This document shows, piece after piece, positions 63,271 through 64,000 of a stretch of 64,000 nucleotides of DNA. Position 1 is the first letter of the stretch. Every line of letters starts with the position of its first letter. Location of the stretch: the NCBI GenBank assembly GCA_964016885.1, contig OZ024758.1:1860001-1924000 (forward strand). The letters run 5' to 3'. The translations under genes and the position numbers were made by a program. Origin of the DNA: Eledone cirrhosa (lineage: Eukaryota). The notes beneath the pieces are model-generated. The model saw nothing but the letters and a program-made list of their open reading frames with translations, had not been told where the DNA came from and searched no databases.

Positions 63271-63514
63271 ATAAAACCTCGATATTGGCGCCAACAGAAG
63301 TCAGATGAACTTTTGATTCGAAAGTCGGGCCCGATCGATACAGATCGGACTTTGAGCTGTTTGATCATGAAACACGCGTCACCTGAATAAACAGAATTTG
63401 ACAACTCATCCATGCTTACTATTATATATATATATATATATATGTGCGTGTGTGTGTGTGTGTGTGTGTGTATATCTATGTATGTATATTTACGTATATG
63501 TATATATGTGTGTA

Positions 63515-63583
<69 letters not shown>

Positions 63584-64000
63584 GTGTGTGTGTATATATA
63601 TATATATGTGTGTGTGTATATATATATATGTGTATATATATGAAAAGTATAGAAATTATTGTAGGTGTATATATATATATATATGTAATGTATGTATATA
63701 TATGTATATATGTAATGTATGTATATATATGTATGTATTTGTATGTATGTTTATCTGTATATATGTATATATATATGTGTGTGTTTATATGTATGTATGT
63801 ATGTATGTGTATTTATGTAGATATATATATGCATAGATATCATCATCATTTTATGTGCGCTTTTCCCTGCTTGCAATATATATATAAATATATAAATATA
63901 CACACACAGGCACACACACAGGCACACACACACGCACACACACACGCACGCACACACACACGCACGCACACACGCACAGACACGCACACGCAGACACACG

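Overview
AT-rich, microsatellite-dense animal genomic DNA; the repeat landscape suggests an octopod cephalopod (inference). There is a 200-N gap at 59591-59790, and most entries in the ORF track are microsatellite artefacts. Manual splicing recovers four main things. (1) A 20-exon integrin beta-subunit gene on + (668-22682; 5' exons are outside the window; 715 aa spliced in frame with GT-AG introns). Its ligand-binding domain (DISKT MIDAS, no ADMIDAS Asp-Asp, no specificity-loop disulfide) and tail (SPIF/NPAF) are atypical. (2) A convergent two-exon gene on - (27920-24628), essentially missed by the ORF track, encoding a ~563-aa secreted Tyr/Pro/Thr/Gly-rich repeat protein with Tyr about every fifth residue. 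(3) Heavily decayed leucine-rich-repeat/LGR-type GPCR remnants (- ~34900-48900; + ~57300-58620). (4) Many mobile elements: tRNA-derived SINEs, RTE and CRE LINE fragments, a Penelope GIY-YIG fragment, mariner/piggyBac/hAT MITEs and a Helitron. The window also holds a dense set of minimal type I hammerhead ribozyme motifs and fold-back palindromes in short elements next to (TA)n tracts.
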